This document shows, piece by piece, positions 30,556 through 39,485 of a DNA stretch of 64,000 nucleotides. Made by a program: the position numbers and the translations under genes. Position 1 is the first letter of the stretch; every line of letters starts with the position of its first letter. The stretch spans positions 2,560,001 through 2,624,000 of the forward strand of contig OY762897.2 of assembly GCA_963666515.2 (NCBI GenBank). The letters are read 5' to 3'. The DNA is from Candidatus Binatia bacterium (GTDB taxonomy: Bacteria > Desulfobacterota > Binatia > UBA9968 > JAJDTQ01). The notes under the pieces are model-generated. The model was not told the DNA's origin, searched no databases, and saw nothing but the letters and a program-made list of their open reading frames with translations.

Positions 30556-31080
30556 TGTATTGAGACGGTAATCACCTGACAGTCCCACCTTCGGCGCGAG
30601 ATGGCAAGTCGTGCGGGCGCTGGCGGTGGCGACACCGCTCCTGGAAGGATCAGGTTCCAGTTTACGGACAACCAACCTTTCAGGAGAACACCGTGACCAC
30701 AAAGGACAAGGCCACCCGGCGGAAGCCTGCTGGAGTTGGCCCAAGAGATGAGCAACGTGTCCAGGGCGTGCCGCATCATGGGCTACTCACACCAGCAGTT
30801 CTACGAGATCCGGCGCAACTACCAGACCTACGGGGCGGAGGGCCTCATCGACCGGCTGCCGGGAGCCAAGGGGCCGCATCCCAACCGGGTCTCTGAGGAG
30901 GTCGAGGCCGCCATCCTTGCCCATGCCCTCGATCATCCCACCCACGGGGCGCTGCGGATCGCCCAGGAGCTGTCGCTCCAGGGCGTGCAAGTCTCCTCCG
31001 GAGGCGTCCGCGGCGTGTGGTCCCGCCACAAGCTCTTGACTAAACAGGAGCGGCTGCTGAGGCTTGAGATGTCCGCTTAA
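30556..31080 (+). mobile_element. IS481-family element, left end with frameshifted and truncated transposase
   Basis: Begins TGTATTGAGACGG (5'-TGT end). GTG at 30693 reads MTTKDK.. and frameshifts into LLELAQEMSNVSRACRIMGYS.QQFYEIRR...GPHPNRV. No DDE domain. Confidence 0.8.
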
Positions 31081-31098
31081 CCTTCTAGCCTGACCGAT

Positions 31099-32754
31099 TT
31101 AGTGCCATGGCCTCTTGGGATTTGGTCTGAATCGTAGAGGTGGATGCACCGTTGCCGGAAACTTGCTCTGGCCGTTACGCCAAGAGCCACTAGTACTCTT
31201 ATAAGTTACCCACAAATTAACCGTATCTGCATTGACATTGATGTCCAGATATTCTGTGAGCTGTCCCCACCCGTTCGCTCGGCCATTTCTCGCTCCGCCT
31301 ACAAATATCCAATTACGGCTCACCGCCACGCCAGGACCGGAAGCTAGGCCGCCTGCACAACTCCCGAGCCAATAGACAGCCAACTGTTCGCGCATCCAAA
31401 ATTTACAAGTTGGATCTTCTTCCTCGATTTTCGGAAGTTTATGGTTCACCGTATTGCAACGACTACCCAAACAAGACGTACCTCTCGCGAGCGAACCCCG
31501 GTAGAATTCACCCTCATTCGACCATTTCTCTTGGACGTATGTTTTTTTACGGATCGCTTCGTCGCCAATTCCTGTTCCTTGCAGGACGCCACGACCGTGA
31601 AACAATCCGTGCTTAGCAGAACCTTCGTAGTATTCAACCTGATCTTGATCCCGGGTTGAACAACCAGCTATGTAGTACCATGTAGACCCACAATACGCGG
31701 TCATGACGGCCGAACCCTTACCGTGTGCTAAGCCGTCTTTATCACACTGGCCTTTCCAGTACCCCAATCTTCGACGGGCCATCCCCTGATGTTTCCATAC
31801 GACACAGTTCTTCGCTTCAACCTCCTTCAAAGCAGCCGCCTTGCGCGCTGCTTCTTGCTTCTCTCTGTCTTGGCGCGCCAGACGCTCTCGTTCCGCGGCC
31901 TCCCTCGCCTCTCGTTGCTGCTCCGCCCTCTCTCGCTCCTTCCGCTCTTGCTCCCTTGCCGCATGCCTTGCCTCCGCCCCCGCTTCCACCAACGCCTCCG
32001 CCTGCTCCTTCGTCAAGTACCCCGTCCCCGCAAAGCCCTGCGCCTCCTGCCACGCCCTGATCGCCCCTCGCGTCTTCTTCCCGAAAATCCCGTCCGCCGG
32101 TCCCGCCTCGTAATTCATCGCCGCCAGTCCTGTCTGGACCAAAACCTTCCCCTCCGCCGTCAAACCCAAGCCCGCCTCCACCGTGGCATGGTCCGCCGGA
32201 GCTTCATCACCACCAGGGGCCTGGGACAGGCCCTTGTCGGGCTCGCCACGCGGCTCCTCCGGCGGCTCCTGACTCCCTCCACCCGACAACGCGAAATGCT
32301 GCGGCCTTACCACCGGAAGCCGTCGCCCGCCGAGCACCTTGTGCTCTTCCTCGTCCTTGACCAACAACGCCACGTCTTGGCCGTAACTCGCCTCGCCCGC
32401 GCTGTTGAACAAACTCTTCACTCTTGCCGTGGCCGACTCGACCCTCTCCTTGACGACACTGCCGATACGCAGAACCGGAAACGCATCCACGACGAGCTTT
32501 ATCGGAAAACGCCGCACCTCCCTGAAGCCTGCCTCCACTCTCTCCTTGTCCCCTTCAATGGCCCCGGACAGCACCTCGCCGGCGTCATCGATCAATTCCC
32601 CGAGGTTCTTCTTCACCGAGTACCCGACACCCCCGACGGCGATTCCGCGACCCAGCCAGGCCTCAGCGGGCGCGGCGGCCAACAGGAACACGGCAATCGT
32701 CGATGTGGAAAGGACCCGGATAGTGAAGCCATGACCGTTCCGTCTCTGGGCCAT
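31099..32754 (-). CDS. secreted peptidoglycan-binding domain protein with Cys/Gly repeat C-terminus
   Basis: Signal peptide (APAEA), PG_binding_1-like VQTGLAAMNYEAGPADGIFGKKTRGAIRAWQ, charged coiled coil, two W.G.C..G.A.G.G motifs. Confidence 0.7.
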   Translation of the reverse strand: MAQRRNGHGFTIRVLSTSTIAVFLLAAAPAEAWLGRGIAVGGVGYSVKKNLGELIDDAGEVLSGAIEGDKERVEAGFREVRRFPIKLVVDAFPVLRIGSVVKERVESATARVKSLFNSAGEASYGQDVALLVKDEEEHKVLGGRRLPVVRPQHFALSGGGSQEPPEEPRGEPDKGLSQAPGGDEAPADHATVEAGLGLTAEGKVLVQTGLAAMNYEAGPADGIFGKKTRGAIRAWQEAQGFAGTGYLTKEQAEALVEAGAEARHAAREQERKERERAEQQREAREAAERERLARQDREKQEAARKAAALKEVEAKNCVVWKHQGMARRRLGYWKGQCDKDGLAHGKGSAVMTAYCGSTWYYIAGCSTRDQDQVEYYEGSAKHGLFHGRGVLQGTGIGDEAIRKKTYVQEKWSNEGEFYRGSLARGTSCLGSRCNTVNHKLPKIEEEDPTCKFWMREQLAVYWLGSCAGGLASGPGVAVSRNWIFVGGARNGRANGWGQLTEYLDINVNADTVNLWVTYKSTSGSWRNGQSKFPATVHPPLRFRPNPKRPWH

Positions 32755-32792
32755 TGAATTTCCTCCTGGCTTCCGGTCTTGGGCAATGCCGT

Positions 32793-34067
32793 CTATTTGA
32801 TGACGGAGGCCAGAACGAAACGTCGAAGCTTGCAAGCGTTCCCCTCCAGCCGGCACAGCACCAGAACATAGATGTCGCCATCGTCCGGCGAGGAGCCGAT
32901 CAGAAGACGCTCGCTACCTTCCGCCTCCACCACCATGTCCAGTGCGAGCCCGTCGGCGAACCCGGACGGCAGATCCGCCAGCGCCGACGCCGTCCTCCAA
33001 TCCGTGTCCGGAGCGGCCCAATGGATAGTCCAGTAATCGCGCGAGCCGAGCGCCCTCTCCACCGCAGCCAACGTCGGCCCCAACCATGCCGACGCTTCCT
33101 CAGTCCATCCGGCGCGTTGCACCAGGTTCCAGAGCAGCCGCGGCAGCACCGCCCTCATGTCCGCCGCGGCCTCGGCAAACCTGACAGCATCGCGGCCCGG
33201 CTCTCGCGAGGTACCCGGATGCGCGTCCCAGAACGCCTTGTGGCGCGCCCTCATCGTCGTCGCAAGGGCTGCCGCCATTCCGTTCGAAGCCGATAACCAC
33301 GAGGGCAAGGGCGGTGTCTTCAACCCCGAGTATAACAGCCTTTCGCCCGGCAAGGCGCGCGCCGTATTCACCCGATAGCCTCCATCGTGTTCTGTCCAAA
33401 ACGTGATCACGGCGGCATCCAGCAACGGGTTGTAGTAGAGCGCAACCGGGGCCGGCGAGCGAAACCGCCCAAGCATCACCACCGCGTTGGCAAAGAACGA
33501 GTTCCAAAGGACCGACGGCGAAACCTTGCGCACCATCTCCGCTCCCGGCATCGCCGCCAGCACCTCCTCGGCCTGCTTTTCGCCCGCGACTCCCGCCGCG
33601 CGCAAGGCCAGCGCGTGGGCCGCGAACAGCCGCGGCCCCTCGTCCGGCGCCTGCTGGTGCGCCTGCGTCGGTCGCTCCTGCTCCCGCGCCTGCTGCCGGA
33701 TTTGTTTCTTCGCGCGCATACGCGGGACTAGAGGGACCAGGGTCTCGGTTGCGCGACCATTGCTCCATGTGCCTTCCAGCGTTCCGTCAACCCTCACTGT
33801 ATAGATGACCGGCCACTTGTCGCCCCAGTCGGCTGTAAGGGTGTTCCCCGCCAACGCACCAGTGCCCGTCAAAGTCTGCTCTCCGATGGACCACTTGAGC
33901 GAGTATCTATCTGCGGAGATACGGGTAATGGTTGCAGTGCCGCGATACTTTGAACCATCAGGATTCGTGCCCGTACAATTGTAGTCGCCCTCCAGCGCGA
34001 GAGCCCCGGCTAGTACAAGGTGGCTCGCCAATGACACTAATCCGATTGCGGCCAGGAATGCCTTCAT
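32793..34067 (-). CDS. secreted hypothetical protein (small beta-rich N-domain plus unknown C-domain)
   Basis: Signal peptide; GDYNCTGTNPDGSKYRGTATI...LEGTW resembles LIC10280-like domains; AAGGAG RBS. Confidence 0.6.
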   Translation of the reverse strand: MKAFLAAIGLVSLASHLVLAGALALEGDYNCTGTNPDGSKYRGTATITRISADRYSLKWSIGEQTLTGTGALAGNTLTADWGDKWPVIYTVRVDGTLEGTWSNGRATETLVPLVPRMRAKKQIRQQAREQERPTQAHQQAPDEGPRLFAAHALALRAAGVAGEKQAEEVLAAMPGAEMVRKVSPSVLWNSFFANAVVMLGRFRSPAPVALYYNPLLDAAVITFWTEHDGGYRVNTARALPGERLLYSGLKTPPLPSWLSASNGMAAALATTMRARHKAFWDAHPGTSREPGRDAVRFAEAAADMRAVLPRLLWNLVQRAGWTEEASAWLGPTLAAVERALGSRDYWTIHWAAPDTDWRTASALADLPSGFADGLALDMVVEAEGSERLLIGSSPDDGDIYVLVLCRLEGNACKLRRFVLASVIK

Positions 34068-34311
34068 CGTTTGCTCCTTCGGCCCTGGTGATCGGTGAAG
34101 CCCACATCCATTCCCCTACTACCCCTGCGCTCACGATTGCAAGCCGCGCGACGCCGCGCTTTCGTTGGAACGGCAAAGGTTCACAATCTGCCGCACCCTT
34201 CGTTCGCCCTGGCCCAGAACGCTTCCGAACAGAGATCGCCACAGCCAGGGTGGTTGTAGGACCCGAAAGCGGCAAAACGGGCCTTCTTTCCGCCCGCAGT
34301 CGGATCTCCCA

Positions 34312-34938
34312 TCAGAGGGGTGGCGCCACGAAACATTGGCTCTCCCCGTCAAATGTCCAGCCTGTTCTATAAATCCGGTCATAAAGGGTCGAAATTTGCA
34401 TGAGTTCCGAACGGGGGTTAAACTTCAGTTTCTCCAGAAGCACTTCTTCCTTTCCTTCCAATCTCACAATACGAATTTCATGACCTGCATTGTGGTATGG
34501 AAGATAGGCCGCGAATGACACACTGTCTTCCTTCTCTGCTATCAATCTCAAATAATCCTCCGCCAATAGCCTTCCGTTCTTATCGTAAAGGCGGATTCTG
34601 AAAGAATCTTTGAACACACGTTCCTTGTCATACTTTCTGTAATAACAATAACGCATTTCCGTGTAGTAATAGTTCTCGTTTAGGCTGTCCAAGAGGTGTT
34701 CATACTTCTCCTCAAAAACCTCTCCGGGCTTCAAACGACCCTGCCTGATCACTTCCTGTCTAAAACTGTCAAGTCTGTGGGGATTTTCTGGACGGTAATA
34801 ACCCCAAACAACGATCTCTTCCAAATCTTTTTCGGGGAATCTCAGATGCTCAGAGGCGGAGCTTGTTCGTGGTTCCATCAAGTTGCAGGAAACCGCAAAC
34901 AAAACAAAACCCAAATATAGAGATTTGCACGTGAGCAT
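34312..34938 (-). CDS. hypothetical lipoprotein, AT-rich
   Basis: Hydrophobic N-terminus with FAVSC lipobox; visibly AT-richer than the flanks. Confidence 0.6.
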   Translation of the reverse strand: MLTCKSLYLGFVLFAVSCNLMEPRTSSASEHLRFPEKDLEEIVVWGYYRPENPHRLDSFRQEVIRQGRLKPGEVFEEKYEHLLDSLNENYYYTEMRYCYYRKYDKERVFKDSFRIRLYDKNGRLLAEDYLRLIAEKEDSVSFAAYLPYHNAGHEIRIVRLEGKEEVLLEKLKFNPRSELMQISTLYDRIYRTGWTFDGESQCFVAPPL

Positions 34939-34975
34939 CTCGCGCCGTCACTTTTCTCAGCAACTGAAGCCGCTT

Positions 34976-36160
34976 CTATTTCGCCGCCGAGTAGAAGCAT
35001 GCGGCATCCACGCCGATCCACTCGCCGGAACGGCCGGAGCTGTAGGCCCTCCTCACCCCGGAGGCGGCCTTTCTCACCAGGGAATTTCCCTTACTCGATC
35101 GTAGTCCCCGCAGCCTGCGGGTGTTCTCATGGCCGGGAAACTCCCGCATGTAAGACGCCACCCACCCCATGGTGCTCCCCAGCCCGCCCAGGTACTGGTC
35201 GGTGTAGTGTTTCCTCGTACCTGGACTCCTGTTCTCCTTGGCGTAGGGGAAGACGATCTTCGGGTCCTCGATGGCGTCGATGAAGAACTTGACCGGCTGG
35301 TGGATGGACTTGCCGGGCTTCGGGGCTTTCCTGAACAGGTCGATCCCCTGCGCCCGGGCCCTTTCCGCCAGCATGACGAGTCCGGCGATGGTCCTGCCGT
35401 GGTAATACAAGGCCTTGGCCCCCCGGCGGGTCTCGATGGGCAGGCTGCCGTCTTCTCTCATGCTGTCGAGGGTGAGGTGCCACTGCTCGATGCCCGTTTC
35501 GAAGTACCCGTCGTCTCCTGCCAGCGCTCCGTAGGACATGGCCGCCGCCGAGGACTGCACGGCATGGTTGTGGGCGGCCTTGCGGACGCTCCCGGTGTCG
35601 AAGTCGTAGTAACCGTCCCCGCGCAAGTCGTGGGAGAACTCGTCGACCTTGCTCTTGAGCCAGGCAAGGACCTTTTCCGCGGCATCCGGGGGCAGGGGCT
35701 TCTCCGCCTGGGCAATCGCGAGAGCGGCCATCATGGGTCCCGTGAGCCGCATGTTCACGGTCATGGTCGCCCGCCACTCCGCGAGTGTCGTCCAGGGCAT
35801 TTCCGGCTTGCCGCTTTCCGCCCACTCAAGGGCATAGTCGCGGATATCCCTGCAGGCGTCGTGGTCCCCGGCGAAGCAAGTCTTGCCGGCCTCTCTGAAG
35901 TAGTCGTCGACGTGGTTGTAGGCCTTGTCAGCACCGCGGCTCGTGTCTATGGGCGCGGTGAGGACCGGCGGCTTCACCGGAAAGCCGAACCCGCAACGCT
36001 GCTGCAGGAGGCCTGCCCCCTGCAGCTCGGCCTTCCTCTTCACGTGGTCAACCGCAACGAACCCCGGCTTGGTGACAAGGCGTTCTGCCCACACCGACGA
36101 ACTCAAGCCAACGAAGAGAATCACGGTCAAACCGATTGCAAGTGTTTTCCTCGTGTTCAT
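34976..36160 (-). CDS. alginate lyase (PL5-like) family secreted protein
   Basis: Signal peptide (SSVWA), AHNHA (NNH-like catalytic motif), DGSLPIETRRGAKALYYH. Confidence 0.7.
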   Translation of the reverse strand: MNTRKTLAIGLTVILFVGLSSSVWAERLVTKPGFVAVDHVKRKAELQGAGLLQQRCGFGFPVKPPVLTAPIDTSRGADKAYNHVDDYFREAGKTCFAGDHDACRDIRDYALEWAESGKPEMPWTTLAEWRATMTVNMRLTGPMMAALAIAQAEKPLPPDAAEKVLAWLKSKVDEFSHDLRGDGYYDFDTGSVRKAAHNHAVQSSAAAMSYGALAGDDGYFETGIEQWHLTLDSMREDGSLPIETRRGAKALYYHGRTIAGLVMLAERARAQGIDLFRKAPKPGKSIHQPVKFFIDAIEDPKIVFPYAKENRSPGTRKHYTDQYLGGLGSTMGWVASYMREFPGHENTRRLRGLRSSKGNSLVRKAASGVRRAYSSGRSGEWIGVDAACFYSAAK

Positions 36161-36241
36161 GGCGATCTCCTGGATCGTCTTGTCCCCGCGCGGCGCCTCC
36201 AGGGCCACCTTCGCCTTGAAGTTCCCGCCGTGTGCTCATCG
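36161..36241 (-). pseudogene. IS3-family orfA N-terminal remnant
   Basis: R*AHGGNFKAKVALEAPRGDKTIQEIA matches the IS3 HTH start pattern RRxH..xFKAKVALEAL.G.KT..E.A. Confidence 0.7.
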
Positions 36242-36359
36242 CGGCAGCCTATTCCATTCAGTGCGCGAGAGCACACGAAGGTTCACGGCCTGCCGAAATC
36301 CTTGATCTCGGAACTTTCCTGCAAATCCCGGACCGCAAGCACTTGGCGAGACACCGCCT

Positions 36360-39300
36360 TCACAGCACCGGTTCGGAGGGAACCGCCTCCGTTGCCGGCT
36401 TGCGCCGGACCTTGGCCAGCACGTCCAGCCACAGGGAATAGAGCGTCGGCGTGAGCACCAGCGTGAACAGGGTTGAGACGGCCAGTCCGCCCAGCACCGT
36501 GGAGCCCAGGCCGCGGTACAGCTCGGAGCCGGCGCCTCGGGACAGCACCAGGGGCAACATGCCGAACACGGTGGTGGCGGTGGTCATGAAGATGGGGCGG
36601 ATGCGGGTGCGCACGCTGGCCAGCAGGGCCGCCTGGGGCTCTTCCCCGGCGCGGATGAAGTTGAGGGTCTGGTGCACGATGAGGATGGCGTTGTTCACCA
36701 CGATGCCCGTGAGGATGATGAACCCCAGCATGGTGACGGTGTCCATCTTGATGGTGGGCTCGGTGGCGTGTCCGAGGCTCACGGCGAGGATGCCGCCGGT
36801 GGCCGCCAGCGGCACGCTGAACATGATGATCAGCGGGTAGCTCCAGGATTCGAACAACGAGCACATCACCAGGTAGACCACCACCACGGCCAGCAGGAAC
36901 GTCCACTTGAAGGCGTCCCAGGTCTCCGCCAGCTTCTGCGCCTGGCCGCTGACCGCGATGGAGTAGCCCAGCGGCAGGGTGCGCCGCACCTCCTCCACCG
37001 CGCCTTCCTCCACCAGTCGCACGGCTTCCTCCAGCGGCATCGCGTGGTGCATGTTGGCGTTCAGCTTGATGGCGCGGTCGAGGTCCACGTGCTCGACCTT
37101 GGTGGGGCCGTCGCCGGGCCGGACCTCCGCGATGTCCGAGAGCTGCACCAGCCGGCCCGCGCCGTTGGACAGCATGAGCGCGCCCAGGTCCTGGGTATGC
37201 GCCATCTCGCCGCGCGGCCCCTTGAGGATGATGTCGATCTCCTTGCCGCGTTCGCGGAAACGCCCGGCGCGGGTGCCCTCCACCGCGGTCTCGATGACGT
37301 CGCCTACGTCGGAGGCGCGCAGGCCCAGGGCCGAGACCCGATCCCGGTCCAGGTGCACGCGGATCTCGGGATTGCCCCACTCGAAGGACGAGTTGACGAA
37401 GTTCACCCCCTCCACCCCGCGAATGCGCCCTTCGAGGCCGCGGGCGATGTTCCGGATCGCCTGCAGGTCGTCTCCCTTGACGTCGAGGGCCACGTTGTTG
37501 CCGCCGATGAAGCCTCCCCGCTGCCGGAAGAGAGAAGCCTGGGTGATGAACACCGCCTGGGCGCCGGGAATGCCGCCGACGGCGCGCCGCATGGCCCCCA
37601 CCACCCGGCGCATCTCATTGAGGCTGGTATGCGGCTCTTTCACGATGGCCCCCATGATGGGGGTATCCAGGCGTATGACGGCGAACATGCGCTCGATCTC
37701 GGGGATGGCCCGGACCCGCGACTCGATCACCTTGATGATGGATTCCTTCTGGTCCGTGTTGAAACCCGGAGGCATCTTCACCACGCCGAAGATGAAGTTG
37801 CGGTTTCCCCGCGGCAGATAGTCCAGCGGAGGCGCGAACCACCAGGCCAGGGCCACCGACCCGCCGACGATGAACAGCACCACCGCCACCCGCCGGACGG
37901 CGCCGCGCTGAAGCCACGCCAGCAGCCCCAGCACCATCCGCGAGAAGCCGGACCCGCCCCGGTCCAGCACGGACATGGCCGCGCGCAGGCGCCGGAACCG
38001 CTCCCGCGGCTGCTCCGGGAGGACGTGGGCGGAGAGCATAGGCACCACGGTGAGGGCCACCACCAGCGACAACGCCACCGCCACGGACACGGCCAGGGCG
38101 ATGTCCCGGAAGAGCTGTCCCGCCTCCTGCCGGACGAACAGCACCGGGACGAACACGGCCACCGTGGTGAGCGTCGAAGCCAGGATCGCACCGCCCACCT
38201 CGCGGGCGCCGTCCAGCGCGGCGCGCACGCGCCCCTTGCCCATGTCGCGGTGGCGGAACACGTTCTCCAGCACCACCACGGCGTTGTCCACCACCATGCC
38301 GGTGGCGAAGGCCAAGCCAGCCAGCATGATGACGTTCAAGGAGGAGCCGGCGGCGTTGAGGACCACGAAGGTGGTGACGATGGAGACGGGGATCGCCACC
38401 GCCACCACGACGATGCTGGCCGGGCTGCGCAGGAACAGCAGCAGCACCAGCACCGCCAGCGTTACCGCGAAGTAGATATTGCGGGTCACCAGGTCGATGG
38501 AATCGTGAATGTAGTCGGTCTCGTCATAGACCATCTCGAGGTGGATGCCCTTGTCGCCGTAGCGCTGCTGCAACCGGCTAAGGGTCTCCCGGACGCCCTC
38601 CATGACCTCCATGGTGTTGGCCCCGGAACGGCGCAGCACGCCCATGCCGAGGGCCGGCTTGCCGTTGATGCGCACGGCGAAGTCGCGGTCCTCGTGGCCG
38701 AAGGAGACCGCGGCCACGTCGCGCACGTACACCGGTCCCCGGACGTCGTGCCGCACCACCACGTCGGCGATGTGACGCAACTCCTCGAACTGGCCCAAGG
38801 TGCGCACCACGTGCCGGCGCTTGCCCTCGCTCAGGTCGCCGCCCTTGACGTTGCGGTTCTCCCGGGTGATGGCCTGCCGGACCTCCGCCACCGTGATACC
38901 GCGGGCCGCCATGGCGCGGGGGTCCAGCGTCACGTGCACCTGGCGGTCCCGGCCGCCGAAGCGCCACACCGCGCCGACCCCGGGAACCCGCTCCATCTGC
39001 GGCACGATGACGTCCTTCAGCTCCTCCCACACCTCGTTCAGGTCCCGCTCCGTGTCCACCATGATCCACGAGATCGGGCTCTCCTCGTCGGTGTTGACGG
39101 CACGGATGCGGGACTCGCCCACGTCCGGCGGCAGGTCCCTGACGGTGTCGAGCTTCTCGGACACGCCCAGGCGCGCGATGTCCTTGTTGGTGCCCCAGTC
39201 GAACTTGAGGACGACGCGGGAGCGCCCTTCGATGGAGCTGGAGGAGACCTGCCTGAGCCCCTCCACGGCGTTGAGCCGATCCTCCAGCCGGTCGGTCACC

Positions 39301-39485
39301 TCGCGCTCCACCTCCAGGGGGCCGGCGCCGGAGTATTCGGTCGTGACCGTGATCTCGGGCCGGTCCACGGTGGGGATCATCTGGACCGGCAGGCGCAGCA
39401 GCGCGATGGTCCCGAACAGCACCGCCAGGATGATGCCGACGGTCACCGAGACCGGGTTGCGGACGCAGAAGTCAACGATTCCCAT
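36360..39485 (-). CDS. RND efflux transporter permease (AcrB/AcrD/AcrF family)
   Basis: 1041 aa, GMVVDNAVVVLEN proton-relay motif, GIVVNNAIL, RIRPIFMT. Confidence 0.93.
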   Translation of the reverse strand: MGIVDFCVRNPVSVTVGIILAVLFGTIALLRLPVQMIPTVDRPEITVTTEYSGAGPLEVEREVTDRLEDRLNAVEGLRQVSSSSIEGRSRVVLKFDWGTNKDIARLGVSEKLDTVRDLPPDVGESRIRAVNTDEESPISWIMVDTERDLNEVWEELKDVIVPQMERVPGVGAVWRFGGRDRQVHVTLDPRAMAARGITVAEVRQAITRENRNVKGGDLSEGKRRHVVRTLGQFEELRHIADVVVRHDVRGPVYVRDVAAVSFGHEDRDFAVRINGKPALGMGVLRRSGANTMEVMEGVRETLSRLQQRYGDKGIHLEMVYDETDYIHDSIDLVTRNIYFAVTLAVLVLLLFLRSPASIVVVAVAIPVSIVTTFVVLNAAGSSLNVIMLAGLAFATGMVVDNAVVVLENVFRHRDMGKGRVRAALDGAREVGGAILASTLTTVAVFVPVLFVRQEAGQLFRDIALAVSVAVALSLVVALTVVPMLSAHVLPEQPRERFRRLRAAMSVLDRGGSGFSRMVLGLLAWLQRGAVRRVAVVLFIVGGSVALAWWFAPPLDYLPRGNRNFIFGVVKMPPGFNTDQKESIIKVIESRVRAIPEIERMFAVIRLDTPIMGAIVKEPHTSLNEMRRVVGAMRRAVGGIPGAQAVFITQASLFRQRGGFIGGNNVALDVKGDDLQAIRNIARGLEGRIRGVEGVNFVNSSFEWGNPEIRVHLDRDRVSALGLRASDVGDVIETAVEGTRAGRFRERGKEIDIILKGPRGEMAHTQDLGALMLSNGAGRLVQLSDIAEVRPGDGPTKVEHVDLDRAIKLNANMHHAMPLEEAVRLVEEGAVEEVRRTLPLGYSIAVSGQAQKLAETWDAFKWTFLLAVVVVYLVMCSLFESWSYPLIIMFSVPLAATGGILAVSLGHATEPTIKMDTVTMLGFIILTGIVVNNAILIVHQTLNFIRAGEEPQAALLASVRTRIRPIFMTTATTVFGMLPLVLSRGAGSELYRGLGSTVLGGLAVSTLFTLVLTPTLYSLWLDVLAKVRRKPATEAVPSEPVL

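Noticed and set aside
34068-34311. Possible ncRNA or small ORFs in the island spacer
   Set aside because: No recognisable motif, convincing stem pattern or supported start could be identified by eye.
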